A stretch of DNA of 64,000 nt, from the NCBI GenBank assembly GCA_019057475.1, contig DXJO01000006.1:1-64000 (forward strand), in the 5' to 3' direction. The stretch is from Candidatus Thorarchaeota archaeon (GTDB taxonomy: Archaea; Asgardarchaeota; Thorarchaeia; Thorarchaeales; Thorarchaeaceae). Both the position numbers and the translations under genes were made by a program. Positions 39,122 through 50,300 of this stretch are shown here, piece after piece; the stretch's first letter is position 1; each line of letters opens with the position of its first letter. Under the pieces are notes generated by a model. It was not told the DNA's origin, did no database searches, and saw only the letters and a list, made by a program, of their open reading frames with translations.

Positions 39122-39237
39122 CTGGTACTTCCAAGCTGTCGAGCCCTGTTGGATGGCTCTATGTTGCTTTTTCACGTCTACCTGTAAGCTAACATTTATA
39201 TCTATGATTAACCATTGTTAACAATGAGGTTTTTCCT

Positions 39238-39912
39238 TTGTTTCAGTGTTGTGAATTGAAGTTCAGTGACATCAAAAATAAAGACGTTACAGACGCTAGC
39301 GGAAAGAAGGTTGGCCGGGTAATCGATTTCATCGTTCGTTTTACAGACAATAGGATTGAGATGAAGTCTGTTATCCTAGGCGGTGGAAGAATAGAAGAGT
39401 TGTTGGAATCCCTTGGTATTCGTCCGGATAAGGACCCGGTTTTCCAGCTGGACTGCATTGATTCGATATCAGATGTTATCCATCTAAAGGTCGATGTGGA
39501 CACTCTCAAGACCACCTTGGACCCTAATGCGATGGAGGATGGCGACATGAAGATGTCCGAGCTTGCCAAGCTAAAGGTAGTTGACTCAGACGGATTCAAT
39601 GTTGGGAACGTCACGGATGTCTGGTTCGATGAAAACACCAAGCCTTGGCTTCTGATTGGCGGTGGCTTCATTGAAGAAACCCTTGAGAAGTTAGGTGCTC
39701 AGCCTGACATTGACTTACTTGTACCTGAGGAGTTTATCTCGGAAATTCGAGAGAAAGAAATCTGTCTGAAGTGGACACGATTCCAGCTAAAGGCTACTTG
39801 CGAAGAAGATTACGCAAAGTACAAGCATGAATTGGAATCTCGAGCAGAACCTGGCGACGCCCGGTCTACAATGATAAAGCTAATCTCGCACCCGTCCCGT
39901 GGTCGCATTTAG
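39238..39912 (+). CDS. Tandem PRC-barrel protein
   Basis: Internal repeat SDIKNKDVTDASGKKVGRVIDF / SELAKLKVVDSDGFNVGNVTDV, each followed by GGG.IEE.LE.LG..PD. Confidence 0.88.
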   Translation: MFQCCELKFSDIKNKDVTDASGKKVGRVIDFIVRFTDNRIEMKSVILGGGRIEELLESLGIRPDKDPVFQLDCIDSISDVIHLKVDVDTLKTTLDPNAMEDGDMKMSELAKLKVVDSDGFNVGNVTDVWFDENTKPWLLIGGGFIEETLEKLGAQPDIDLLVPEEFISEIREKEICLKWTRFQLKATCEEDYAKYKHELESRAEPGDARSTMIKLISHPSRGRI

Positions 39913-39936
39913 ACTGATCTGCGCCATTAATTTCGA

Positions 39937-41145
39937 TTAGAAGTCCTCTATCATTGAAGGAGGTTCACGCGGGAACCAACTGGCCAGTAGTTCCACGGAC
40001 TTGCTGTCCAGACTAGTGCATAAGCCAAGAGGCTCTAGGTCGTTCGGCCACATTACTCCAAACACTAGTGCACTCAGGCCGCCAATCGACATCTTGATGG
40101 ATGATGCTACGTTTCCGAGGGCCTCAGCTTTCAGACTACCACCCTCCCCGACCAATCGATACGACTGGTTGTTCCACGGGCAGTGTGTATCTTTAACCTT
40201 GATTGTGAGCTCGCCATCAGATGTTGCGGGAAGTCCTTCAACGCTTTTCTCCACATCAACAAGTCTAGCCATGTAGACCACGAGTCGAGCTTCAATAGTT
40301 GGCGGATTAACGCTTGTGAACCAAAAATGATAGTCAATCTCGCTGGGATGCACAGGCATCTTGATTTTTATAATCTGATCATCGTGCATGTGCAAGAAAT
40401 GAAATAGAGCACTCCGCGCCTCGTGGCTCAGCCAGTATTTTTCCCTTATGCGCATTGTTCCCCAGTCATCTTCTTTGCCATATGTTCCATAGCCCTTAAT
40501 GGCATAGACCAATGCGCCTCTAGGCTCATCTTCTCGGTCAAATGCGACTGCAATCGAGCTTTTCTTGCTCAAATTGATGCTCATTTCTTTCCAGCGTTTT
40601 TCACTTCTTCGAACACCGCCGTGAGTCGATTCAACTGACTCCTTGTGAATTGTTTTCAGATGGGTGAACCCTTGCGAGAATTCCATGCGCTCAACATGGT
40701 ATCCAGCAGGGAGGTCCCATCTTCTGAGTCGATCCAAGTTGACCGTCATCCCGCGTATGGGCGTGCAAGACACATACTCAAGACGACTGTAAAACTCATC
40801 CTTGAAGGGATAAAGCACGCTTGTTGCGTATCCGTCGTTGTGCATCTCCTTGAACATATACTTCATCAGTTCCCGGATATGTCCTTGGCGTCGCGTTTCG
40901 GGAGCGCTTGTGATCTCTGCGATCCCACCCATCTTTTTCCAGACTTGGCGAGTGTTTTGCTCGAATGGAAGGAGGCGACTATTGGCAATCACCTTTCCAT
41001 TTTCTTCAAGCGTGAGATACTCATCATAGGTGAGGTCCATTACTTCCTTGAAACCTGGACGAGGCTCTGTGCCCTGCCCGTAGGAATACATTGCCAGCTT
41101 CATCACGTCATCGATTTCGTCCGAAGTTGTGCGGCGTATCTTCAT
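39937..41145 (-). CDS. Eis-like GNAT acetyltransferase with SCP2-like C-terminus
   Basis: MGGIAEITSAPETRRQG, SVLYPF..EFYSRLEY, MARLVDVEK, IKVKDTHCPWNN. Confidence 0.9.
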   Translation of the reverse strand: MKIRRTTSDEIDDVMKLAMYSYGQGTEPRPGFKEVMDLTYDEYLTLEENGKVIANSRLLPFEQNTRQVWKKMGGIAEITSAPETRRQGHIRELMKYMFKEMHNDGYATSVLYPFKDEFYSRLEYVSCTPIRGMTVNLDRLRRWDLPAGYHVERMEFSQGFTHLKTIHKESVESTHGGVRRSEKRWKEMSINLSKKSSIAVAFDREDEPRGALVYAIKGYGTYGKEDDWGTMRIREKYWLSHEARSALFHFLHMHDDQIIKIKMPVHPSEIDYHFWFTSVNPPTIEARLVVYMARLVDVEKSVEGLPATSDGELTIKVKDTHCPWNNQSYRLVGEGGSLKAEALGNVASSIKMSIGGLSALVFGVMWPNDLEPLGLCTSLDSKSVELLASWFPREPPSMIEDF

Positions 41146-41300
41146 TCTCTTTGCCTCTCATTGGGGTCTGTAGTCTTCTCTCTCTAAAACGTGTCTATCG
41201 AAGTAGATGAGGATTGATGTTTGCCATTCAACAGAGATTCAGCGGAATGGGCAGACAGCCATTCGTCCTGCCTAAAGCTCTTACACGTTCCCATAGGCAG

Positions 41301-43484
41301 CTATACCCATGCTTCATCGCTTTCTGGCAAGGTGTCTGCGGGAGGTTCTTGCCCTTCGTACTTCTTGACTATTGCCATCACATCAGGGAAGTCGATTCCA
41401 AGCTCCTTGACCGTGTGCGATGTTGGTACACCGTTGCGTGTCCAGCCCCTTCTCTTGTAAGTTGCGTCTGTAAGGCACTTGTACCTCTCTTCGCGGTGTG
41501 CTCGAAGGGCCTTGTTCTTCTCCGAGGTGTTCATGCTGGTGATGTCCATGCCTATCTCCTTCAGTTGCACATCATAGCGGTCCTGCCTGGATTCGTACTC
41601 CCAGTCGGTCACAGGGCCTACGCTCCTGTAGGGCGGGTTTGAGTCATTGATTCTGAGACCCTTGCCCTGTCGAATGTTGAAGATGCGTTGGAAATTGTAG
41701 ACACGCTCGCTCATCTGGACCAAATCATCACCGGAAACTTTTCTGCCGGTCATAGCAGTGAAGAATCTAGCATAAAATGCAACGTGGCCAGGAACCTTCG
41801 CGGGCTCGTCGGTATCGGAGTTGTCCGCTGGCACAACATCGTTCCAAGGCAGCTTACAAAGACCATTCAATCCGAACCAAGTTCTCCACATTGGGAAGTA
41901 ATGCAGTGCTTCTGCCTTGTCTTCAAAGGTTGGCATGTAGTTGTGGACTTGGTCGAGGAATATCAGCCATGCTTCATCATGCTGTGGCCCTTTCAGTGTA
42001 AGTCCATAGCCGCCTTGCTGGGCAAGGCTCTCCTTGGTCACGTACTCTGAGTATTCGAGACCCTTGTGCTCCATTCCGATGTCCTGCATGACATTTGTAT
42101 CAACACCAAACTCCTTGCCAAAGTAGTCCTTGAGGTAGTGAGTTCCTTTGCCGAAATGCTTGCCGCCGAAGCCCTCGCCAGTGGCCATTTCGTGTAAGAC
42201 TGCAAGTACTTCTTTCACGGCGCCCCAGTTCAGCTTGTGACCTCCAGTAGCTTTTTCGTTAATGTATCCCTCCTCGAAGAGTTCCATGACAAAGGCCATG
42301 GTTGTACCGAAGCTGATTGTGTCAATTCCGTAAGCGTCAGCGTAGAAGTTAATCTCCGCAACATAGTGTGGGTCAAAAACTGCAATGTTGGAACCGCACC
42401 CTGCGATCGTTTCGTACTCGGGTCCGTCGACGACGACGCTCTTGCCCTTGAATGGACCGGTCTTGGGAACGAATCCCACAATGCAGTGAGAGCAGTTGAT
42501 TGCGCACGGTCTCCAACAGCCGTCCCAACCCTTGCCAACGTTACTGAATGTCTTTTCCCAGACATCTCCGAACAGAGCCTTGGCCTCGGGGTCGCTACCA
42601 GTTCTGAAATTACGAGTTGGTAGAAGGTCGAACTCGTCCATAATTGAAGGCAGGTGAGCAGTTCCAATAACCCTCATTCTGTTTTGCACAGGATCCAGAT
42701 TGAGAATCTCCTTTGAGTGGTCTCGACCTACCTGCTTGACACCCTCCATATCATCGGGAGCGTTCATGTTTAGAGTGATCTTGCTAACTTTGGCCACGAG
42801 CGCCTTGACCTTCTTGTTTCTGAAAACTGTACCAATGCCGCCACGGCCTGCTTGCTTGTATCGGGGTAGGTTTCGCCTCATGTCCCACCATGAAAAATTC
42901 AGACACCCCATGTATGCATATTCTGCAGCGGGACCAGATGTAACTACTGACAAATCCTTCCCGTCCTTCTCCGTGTGGCGTTCAGTGAGAACCCTTGTGA
43001 TTTCATAGGCGGTATCAGGCAGATCAGAAGCATCATGGATCTCTATCTTGCCGTTGTCACCATCAATGTAGACATAGATGTCGCTCTTCGCTTTCCCCTG
43101 TATCTCAAGGGCATCGAAGCCTGCCATCTTAAGATTTGGACCAAAGTAGCCCCCTACGTTGCTATCGATAGGAATGCCGGTCATTGGCGAAATCGAAGTG
43201 ACAATCGACTTTCCTGCACCTGGATATTGAGTGACTCCACCCAGCGGTCCAGTGGCGATGCATATCTCATTCTCGGGGTCATCCCACTTCACAACGCGGT
43301 CCTTCGGAAGTCCGTTCCACATTAACCAGAGGTCAAAGCCCTTTCCGCCCGTGAAAGTTTTCTTCATCTTCTCATCAACCGACTTGATCTTGATTGTATT
43401 GTCACTGAGATTGATGTAGAGGGTCTGGTTCGCGTAGCCGCGGTCTAGCTTCGGTATCTTGTATTCAAGTTCTTTCAAGGTCAT
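41301..43484 (-). CDS. aor: Aldehyde:ferredoxin oxidoreductase family protein (second, distinct subfamily)
   Basis: FTGGKGFD, DSNVGGYFG, QAGRGGIG, CWRPCAINC, GPEYET, YGIDTISFG, YKRRGWT; ATG 43484 preferred over the track start. Confidence 0.93.
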   Translation of the reverse strand: MTLKELEYKIPKLDRGYANQTLYINLSDNTIKIKSVDEKMKKTFTGGKGFDLWLMWNGLPKDRVVKWDDPENEICIATGPLGGVTQYPGAGKSIVTSISPMTGIPIDSNVGGYFGPNLKMAGFDALEIQGKAKSDIYVYIDGDNGKIEIHDASDLPDTAYEITRVLTERHTEKDGKDLSVVTSGPAAEYAYMGCLNFSWWDMRRNLPRYKQAGRGGIGTVFRNKKVKALVAKVSKITLNMNAPDDMEGVKQVGRDHSKEILNLDPVQNRMRVIGTAHLPSIMDEFDLLPTRNFRTGSDPEAKALFGDVWEKTFSNVGKGWDGCWRPCAINCSHCIVGFVPKTGPFKGKSVVVDGPEYETIAGCGSNIAVFDPHYVAEINFYADAYGIDTISFGTTMAFVMELFEEGYINEKATGGHKLNWGAVKEVLAVLHEMATGEGFGGKHFGKGTHYLKDYFGKEFGVDTNVMQDIGMEHKGLEYSEYVTKESLAQQGGYGLTLKGPQHDEAWLIFLDQVHNYMPTFEDKAEALHYFPMWRTWFGLNGLCKLPWNDVVPADNSDTDEPAKVPGHVAFYARFFTAMTGRKVSGDDLVQMSERVYNFQRIFNIRQGKGLRINDSNPPYRSVGPVTDWEYESRQDRYDVQLKEIGMDITSMNTSEKNKALRAHREERYKCLTDATYKRRGWTRNGVPTSHTVKELGIDFPDVMAIVKKYEGQEPPADTLPESDEAWV

Positions 43485-43618
43485 CTTGCACACCACTCGG
43501 AGCAGATAGCACGTTAGACTGAGTTCACAGTTTGCGCTAGTCGCGGTTTGCGCCATGGCTCCCATTTGAGTCTTGCCTTAGGACTGCGGAGCGGAGCCGC
43601 TATCCCTTCGCTACCTTC

Positions 43619-44127
43619 ACACGTGCATGAGCATTTTCAAACATGTTGCAGCAGCCATAAAGCCCGTTAAACTCGCATAGATTACATGAACGTTGCTCAT
43701 GACGTACTCCTTGGAACCCTTCGGCCTCTCAAGCGGGTTCAAAAACATAGTCATAACCAACGGTCATCATCGAGAGGATGAGGTTTCTCTCTACGGCAAA
43801 GACAAATTGACATGAACCAAGATCGTTGCCAATGAATGGTTCAATCGACGCTTGGTACGTCAAATCCATACCATAGTAGATACAAAACGGCGGTGTCTTC
43901 GATTCTTGTTCCCGGCATGTACGTTTTCATGTACATAAACGGTCATAATTACTTACTTCTTCGCCATAAAACGTGCATTCCTGTACTGTGTGCAGGAGCA
44001 GCGCTTGACAGCATCGAGAATACGATAAGCAGCGTAAGAATGTACTTAAATTGTGTCGAAAAACGATAGATTATGTACATTCCAATGCCGAACATGAACG
44101 TTTTGTACCTATCCAAACATGAATGTT
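43619..44127. promoter_or_regulatory. Array of degenerate (C)ATGWACRTT motifs in the divergent aor/hdr intergenic region
   Basis: ACATGAACGTT at 43684 and 44092, GCATGTACGTT 43915, TCATGTACATA 43927, TTATGTACATT 44071, ACATGAATGTT 44117, GCATGAGCATT 43625, ACATGAACCAA 43810, plus reverse-strand variants. Confidence 0.6.
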
Positions 44128-44374
44128 CAAAATATGGATGGAAACAGACAAAAAGAAACCAACTATGCCGTGAAGAGAACAGAGTAGTCTGGTTTTAGTT
44201 ACAATTTCCAATACACTAAGCATATTATGGAAGTCTGCCCTATATATCCTCTGATATTACGTGAATTCCGACCTTGACTTCAACAACACCTTGCGGTGAC
44301 ATGCATTGAGCTACCTAGATACTTGGACTTCACAACCAGCAATCAAGAAATATTGCCACTAGGATTGGATATGA

Positions 44375-44866
44375 ATGAAACGGGAATATCACATACCCAC
44401 GTCAAGCTTCACGGAAGAGATTGCGGCTTTATCTGGCGGCGAGGTGATCGAGAAATGCATTCAGTGCGGGATTTGCACTGCTAGCTGTGAAGTCGCAAGG
44501 GTTTCGGAGAGATACCACCCTCGAAGACTCATTCAAAAAATTCTGATAGGCAAGAGGAAGGAGGTACTGGAGAGCGACCTTCCGTGGCTGTGCATGACTT
44601 GCAGATTGTGTGAGGAGCGGTGCCAAGAGGGCGTGAGTCCGGCGGACATATTCCAACTTGTTAGAGCTTTGGCCGCCAAAGAAGGATTTGTGCCCAAGGT
44701 CTTTGCGAATGCTGTCGACTTGGTGCTTCGTGATGGGTGGCTGCTGGCTGCCTCGTATTCAGACTTCATTGAAGATGAGCGTGAAGGAATGGGCCTGGAT
44801 GTTGACCTTCATTGGGACGACACGTTTGTACAACGGCTGAAAGCCATGTTCTTGGGAGGAGCGTGA
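44375..44866 (+). CDS. hdrC: Heterodisulfide reductase subunit C
   Basis: CIQCGICTASC, WLCMTCRLCEERC. Confidence 0.92.
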   Translation: MKREYHIPTSSFTEEIAALSGGEVIEKCIQCGICTASCEVARVSERYHPRRLIQKILIGKRKEVLESDLPWLCMTCRLCEERCQEGVSPADIFQLVRALAAKEGFVPKVFANAVDLVLRDGWLLAASYSDFIEDEREGMGLDVDLHWDDTFVQRLKAMFLGGA

Positions 44867-45753
44867 TGCGAATGAAAGAGATACTACTCTATCGGGGGTG
44901 TACAACGCCCGTCAGACTGTCGGAATACGAATCCTCGACAAAGATTGTTCTTAAAGAACTGGGTGTTGACGCTATCGACCTTGTTAATGCCAACTGCTGT
45001 GGGGCTCAATTCGTTGAATCGCTTTACCCAAGGGCCCATGCTGCACTCGGTGGACGTATACTTGCCCTGGCGGAACAAGAGGAAAAAGACATTCTTGCGA
45101 TATGCGGAGCGTGCTCGGGTTCCCTGAAGCACATCAAGCATTTACTCGACTCAGATGAATCGATTAGAAAGGAAGTTAATGGGCTCCTGGCTCATGAAGG
45201 GCTTAAGTATACAGGCAAAGTCGAAGTTAAACACCTCCTACAAATCTTCAACGAAGACATAGGATACAGAGCTCTTGAAAAGGCAATTGTGCGACCCTAC
45301 CAAGAGGTGAGGATGGCAGCTCACTATGGATGTCATGTAACGCGTCCTTTTGAGATTGTTAAAGTGGATGACCCAGAGAATCCCACGATCATTGATCGGA
45401 TAATTCAGCTGACAGGGGCCACTGCAGTACAGTATACAAGCAAGACGCAGTGTTGCGGTGGGCCACTGCTCGCCATGGACGAAGAGCTCGCAACAAAGAT
45501 TGGAGCTGGCAAAATTAACAATGTAATACGCGCGGGTGCACATGGTATTGTTACAGCATGTGCATTCTGCCAGATTCAGCTGACTCAGACACAGCTTGGT
45601 AGTGAATCCACGGTTATCAACCGCATTCCCATCATTACGCTACCTCAGTTCTTGGGGTACGCTATGGGTCTTGACTATAATGACCTTGGCCTATATCTGA
45701 ATCCAATCAGTGCTCGCCATACCGTGTTCCGAACCGCCGGGGAGGTGGCATAA
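44866..45753 (+). CDS. hdrB: Heterodisulfide reductase subunit B
   Basis: Two CCG domains: YRGC..NCCG..CGAC and HYGCH..CCGG..CAFC; TGATG overlap (alternative start 44872). Confidence 0.92.
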   Translation: MRMKEILLYRGCTTPVRLSEYESSTKIVLKELGVDAIDLVNANCCGAQFVESLYPRAHAALGGRILALAEQEEKDILAICGACSGSLKHIKHLLDSDESIRKEVNGLLAHEGLKYTGKVEVKHLLQIFNEDIGYRALEKAIVRPYQEVRMAAHYGCHVTRPFEIVKVDDPENPTIIDRIIQLTGATAVQYTSKTQCCGGPLLAMDEELATKIGAGKINNVIRAGAHGIVTACAFCQIQLTQTQLGSESTVINRIPIITLPQFLGYAMGLDYNDLGLYLNPISARHTVFRTAGEVA

Positions 45754-45843
45754 TGACCACTGCGTCTAATGCGACCAGTTTGGCATGTCAAGATGCATCC
45801 CTCAACAGAAGGCTCTCGCTAGTAAATCGTCATTCCCGAGGAA

Positions 45844-46410
45844 GTGAGTAGAATGGAACGTGCAGAAGACATCAAATCATACAAGCCTGATCAGCCCATA
45901 CAGGATTCCGATGTGCAAAGTGGCTTCAAGTACGAGGTCGCAGAGCATGTTGGCGCAGAAGGCCTGATGAGATGCTTGAAGTGTGGTGCTTGCAGCGGCG
46001 GTTGTCCTGTGGCGGCAGTCACCGACTACAGACCCAGGAAGGTTCTCGGTGATGTTTTGCTTGGCCTAAAGGATCAGGTACTGTCCAGTGACACCCTGTG
46101 GCTTTGTGCTGCTTGCTTCACGTGCGAAGAGCGTTGTATTCAGGAAGTCAACTTCACTGACGTAGTTACTGTACTACGCAACATGGCTGTGCGGGAGGGA
46201 TTTGCCGCAGAAGGCTATATGGAGATGGCAAAGCGAGTTATTCAGTTCGGGCGAGTTAGCCCACTCACTCGACAAGTCGAAAGGATGCGTGAGAATCTCA
46301 ATCTACCGCCACTTCAAGAGCCAGCGATTGAGGAACTCCGGGCAATCATGGAATCCGCTGGTTTTCCTGAGATAATGGAAGCGGCAACAAGGAGGTCGAA
46401 GACAGTATGA
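45844..46410 (+). CDS. hdrC: Heterodisulfide reductase subunit C (second type)
   Basis: CLKCGACSGGCP, WLCAACFTCEERC. Confidence 0.92.
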   Translation: MSRMERAEDIKSYKPDQPIQDSDVQSGFKYEVAEHVGAEGLMRCLKCGACSGGCPVAAVTDYRPRKVLGDVLLGLKDQVLSSDTLWLCAACFTCEERCIQEVNFTDVVTVLRNMAVREGFAAEGYMEMAKRVIQFGRVSPLTRQVERMRENLNLPPLQEPAIEELRAIMESAGFPEIMEAATRRSKTV

Positions 46411-47318
46411 AGATGGCAATGGCTTGGGGATGCCTTGTCCCCACTCGAAGATCACTCATAGGATATGAAGCGGCTACTAGAAAGGTTCTGAATCATCTTG
46501 GCGTTGAAACCGTAGATATCCCGAATGAAACCTGCTGTGCACCATTCTGGATGCAGTCTCTCGATTTTACTACCAGCCTAGCCATGGCTGCCCGAAATCT
46601 TGCAAAGGCGGAGGAAATGGGGCTTGACCTCCTAACACCTTGCAGCGGTTGCTTCCACTCCTATATGCGAGTGAATCACACGTATGAGAACCATCCGGAA
46701 ATGCGTGAAAAAGTAAACGATATTCTCGCAAAGGCAGACCTGAGATATGATGGGAATGTCGAGTCGCGTCACGTAGTTGATTTTCTCTACAAAGATATCG
46801 GTGTTAATGCAATCAAGGAGAGTATGAAGATAGATCTTGGTGAGATCGAGATCGGTCTTAGATATGGATGTCACATGCTCAAGCCAAGCGACCTGCTCAA
46901 TATCGAATACTCTGAAAGACCCCGATTCGGGGATGAGTTGCTAGAGGCTGTCGGCGTAAGGTGCAAGGAGTACACAGGGCGCTACAGGTGCTGTGGAGGG
47001 CTTCTTCGAGGAACACAGGATGATGTGGCTGACTATATACTACACGACCGACTGATGGATGCTAAAAATGCCAATCTCGACGGACTTGTGACTGTGTGTT
47101 CTCTCTGTCATATCCAGCACGACATGGGTCAGAAGAGCATCAAGCGGAAATTTGGCATAGAGGACCTCGAGATTCCGGTTTTGCACTTTCCACAATTGCT
47201 GGCTCTAGGGTTTGGATATTCTGCTGAAGAGATAGGACTGAATCTGCACACCGTGAAAACGGACGGAATCGTTGCGAAAATCATTGCGGGCGCATCGAAA
47301 GGAGGTGTCAAGAAATGA
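46407..47318 (+). CDS. hdrB: Heterodisulfide reductase subunit B (second type)
   Basis: WGC..TCCAP..CSGC and YGCH..CCGG..CSLC. Confidence 0.92.
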   Translation: MKMAMAWGCLVPTRRSLIGYEAATRKVLNHLGVETVDIPNETCCAPFWMQSLDFTTSLAMAARNLAKAEEMGLDLLTPCSGCFHSYMRVNHTYENHPEMREKVNDILAKADLRYDGNVESRHVVDFLYKDIGVNAIKESMKIDLGEIEIGLRYGCHMLKPSDLLNIEYSERPRFGDELLEAVGVRCKEYTGRYRCCGGLLRGTQDDVADYILHDRLMDAKNANLDGLVTVCSLCHIQHDMGQKSIKRKFGIEDLEIPVLHFPQLLALGFGYSAEEIGLNLHTVKTDGIVAKIIAGASKGGVKK

Positions 47319-50300
47319 GCACTGAGGAACCGAGAATAGGAGTATTCGTCTGCCACTGTGGTCTTAATATCGCTGGCGTAGTGGAATGCAAGAAAGTGGC
47401 CGATTTCGCTGCCACACTTCCTGATGTGGCCTATTCAGTGGACTTGCTGTTCGCCTGTTCCGACGACGGACAGGAACACATCAAGGAAGCCATCCATGAG
47501 CATAATCTGAACCGTGTCATCGTTGCCTCGTGCACTCCTCGGACACACGAACCTGTCTTCAGGCAGTGCCTTGAGGAGGCAGGGCTGAACCCCTATCTGT
47601 ACGACCAGGTCAATCTTCGGGAGCATGTCAGCTGGGTTCACATGGACGAGAAGGAGAAGGCTACGCAGAAGGCTTTGGAACTGGTGGCTATGTCCGTGGA
47701 GCGGGCCAAAAGGTTGGAACCCCTTGAACGTCAGATTGTGGATGTGATTCCGAAGTGTGCTGTCATCGGTGCTGGTGTCGCAGGCATATCTGCCGCGCTA
47801 GACTTAGCAGACGCGGGCTTTGAAACCTATCTAATCGAGAAGAGGCCGACTATCGGCGGGCAGATGGCATTGCTCGACAAGGTCTTTCCACAGAATGACT
47901 GTGCGATATGTATCCTTGGTCCCATCATGTCTCGTGTCGGGCGACATCCGAGAATCACACTCCTGCCTTACAGTGAGTTAGAGACAGTAAACGGGCACGT
48001 TGGCAATTTCCGGCTTACGGTCAGGAAGAAGACCCGCTATATCCACCCGGACATCTGTAATGGCTGTACCGACTGCGAACAGGTCTGTCCTGTTTCTACA
48101 CCCAACTCCTATGAGTTTTGGTTGACGGATCGCAAGGCGGTATACAGACCTTTCCCACAGGCAGTACCCAGTAGCTACACAATCGACAAGAAGGGGATCC
48201 CAGCTTGTAGGTTCTCCTGCCCCGCGCACGTGAATTGTCAGGGTTTTTCCACACTGATCAAGGAGAAACGCTTCAGTGAGGCTCTCGACATTGTAAGAAA
48301 CGCGATACCTTTCGCTGGAGTACTGGGTCGCGTTTGTACAAGTCCATGCGAAGCGAAGTGTGAACGGGGAGCGTTCGATGAAAGCTTGAGCATTAGAAAC
48401 CTACATCGGTTCCTAGCTGACTACGAGCGCGAACATGGCGCTACGAAAGTTGAGAAAATCAAGAAAGACAAGAAAGAAAAGATTGCTGTGGTGGGAGCGG
48501 GACCCGCTGGCATAGCTTGCGCCTATGACTTGGCTAAACTAGGCTATCCGGTGACTGTCTTCGAAGCCAGAGAGGAGAGTGGTGGTCTCCTGAGATGGGG
48601 CATCCCGGAATACCGGCTACCTCGTGATGTGCTGAGGGAGGAGATATCGAGAGTCGAAGGTCTTGGTGTCAAGATTCTTACGGGCAAACCAGTCAAGTCA
48701 ATCGCTAGTCTGAGGAATCGAGGTTTTAAGGCTGTTTTCCTCGCCACGGGCGCACCGGTTAGTACAAAGCTGGGAGTTGAAGGCGAGGATGCCAAAGGCG
48801 TGTTTCATGCCCTTGACTTCTTGAACCAGGTTAACAGCGGAGAGAGTGTTGATCTGGGGAAGAAGGTAGCAATCATTGGGGGCGGCAACGCTGCAGTTGA
48901 CTCGGCGAGAGTTGCGAAACGTCTTGGTGCAAGGACAGTGACACTCATCTATAGACGATCGCGAGTGGAGATGCCGGCCATCCCTAGTGAGATTGAGGAA
49001 GCAGAGAAAGAAGGAGTCAACCTTATGCTCTTGGCTACGCCCATTGGATTTATCATGTCTGATGGTGTCCTTGAGAGCATCAGATGCATCAAGATGCGGC
49101 TAGGTGAGCCTGACGCCTCTGGTCGCAGACGTCCGATACCGATTCCTGAATCGGAGTTTGAGGTGCGTGTTGACAATGTTATCATAGCCGTAGGCCAGAT
49201 GGTGAGCCCCACCAGCATTCTCAAGGGTCTAGAGGTCACACAATGGGATACCCTTTCAGTCGACCCAATCACGTTGCAGACGAGCTTAAAGGGTGTCTTC
49301 GCAGGAGGGGATGTTGTTTCAGGTCCAACGACGGTTGTGGAGGCTGTGGCTGCAGGAATAGAGGCAGCGAAGTCTATCGACCGCTATGTACGAGGCGTTG
49401 ATCTCTCAGAAGGAAGACCTGAGATACTCCGTCTGGTGCCATCTGCTGAGGTGGACAAGACGAGAGCTGAAATCGCTGAACGTGCAGTCATGCCAACTAT
49501 AAATGCGAAATTAAGGAAGAGTAACTTTGCTGAGGTTGAAACAGGCTTGGCCCTGAAGACTGCTGTTGCGGAAGCAGAGCGCTGTTTCAACTGTGCTCTG
49601 TGCTCTGAGTGTAACCTATGTATCGAGGTATGCAAGCCCAACGCCATCGATCATTCGTTGGTGGATGAGTTCGTCGAGCTGGATGTCGGGACTATCATCT
49701 TGGCCACTGGGTTCAAGCCCTATGACCCATCCGAAACTCGTGAGTTTGGTTATGGCGCTTTTAAGAATGTCATTACGAATGCTCAACTAGAGCGGCTAAC
49801 CAATGCCGCTGGACCTACCCACGGCAAAGTCAAGAGACCTTCTGACGGAATGCCGCCAAAGAGTGTTGCATTTGTGCAGTGCGTTGGCTCAAGAGACCGT
49901 AGAGTGAACCAAGACTACTGCTGCTACACGGGATGCGAGAATTCGCTGAAGCAGGCCACGCAGATAAAGGAGAAGTATCCTAACACTGAAATCTCCATCT
50001 TCGCAATGGACATTCGCACTCATGGCTTGGGCTATGAGGGTCTCTACCGCAGGGCTCGAGAGATGGGCGTAATCATCATCAAGGGACGTCCCTCCGAGAT
50101 TGAGGAGATTCCGGGAACAAGGTCTCTCAAAGTGCTCGCTGAGGACCTGTATACTGGCGAAAGACTCGGAACTACTTATGAACTGGTAGTGCTCGCGTCT
50201 GCGTTGCTACCCAATGACGACACGAAGGACCTAGCCCGCAAGTTGAACATTTCCACAGGGGAGTACGGCTATCTGATGGAAGCCCATCCCAAGCTGCGAC

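Noticed and set aside
43485-43565. Track start extension of the second AOR (similar extensions at 21581, 24424, 44812, 55819)
   Set aside because: Downstream ATGs fit RBS, gene overlaps or family N-termini better
43619-44127. CRISPR or iteron interpretation of the motif array
   Set aside because: Repeats are only about 11 bp, degenerate, irregularly spaced and in both orientations; no cas or rep/orc1 gene nearby
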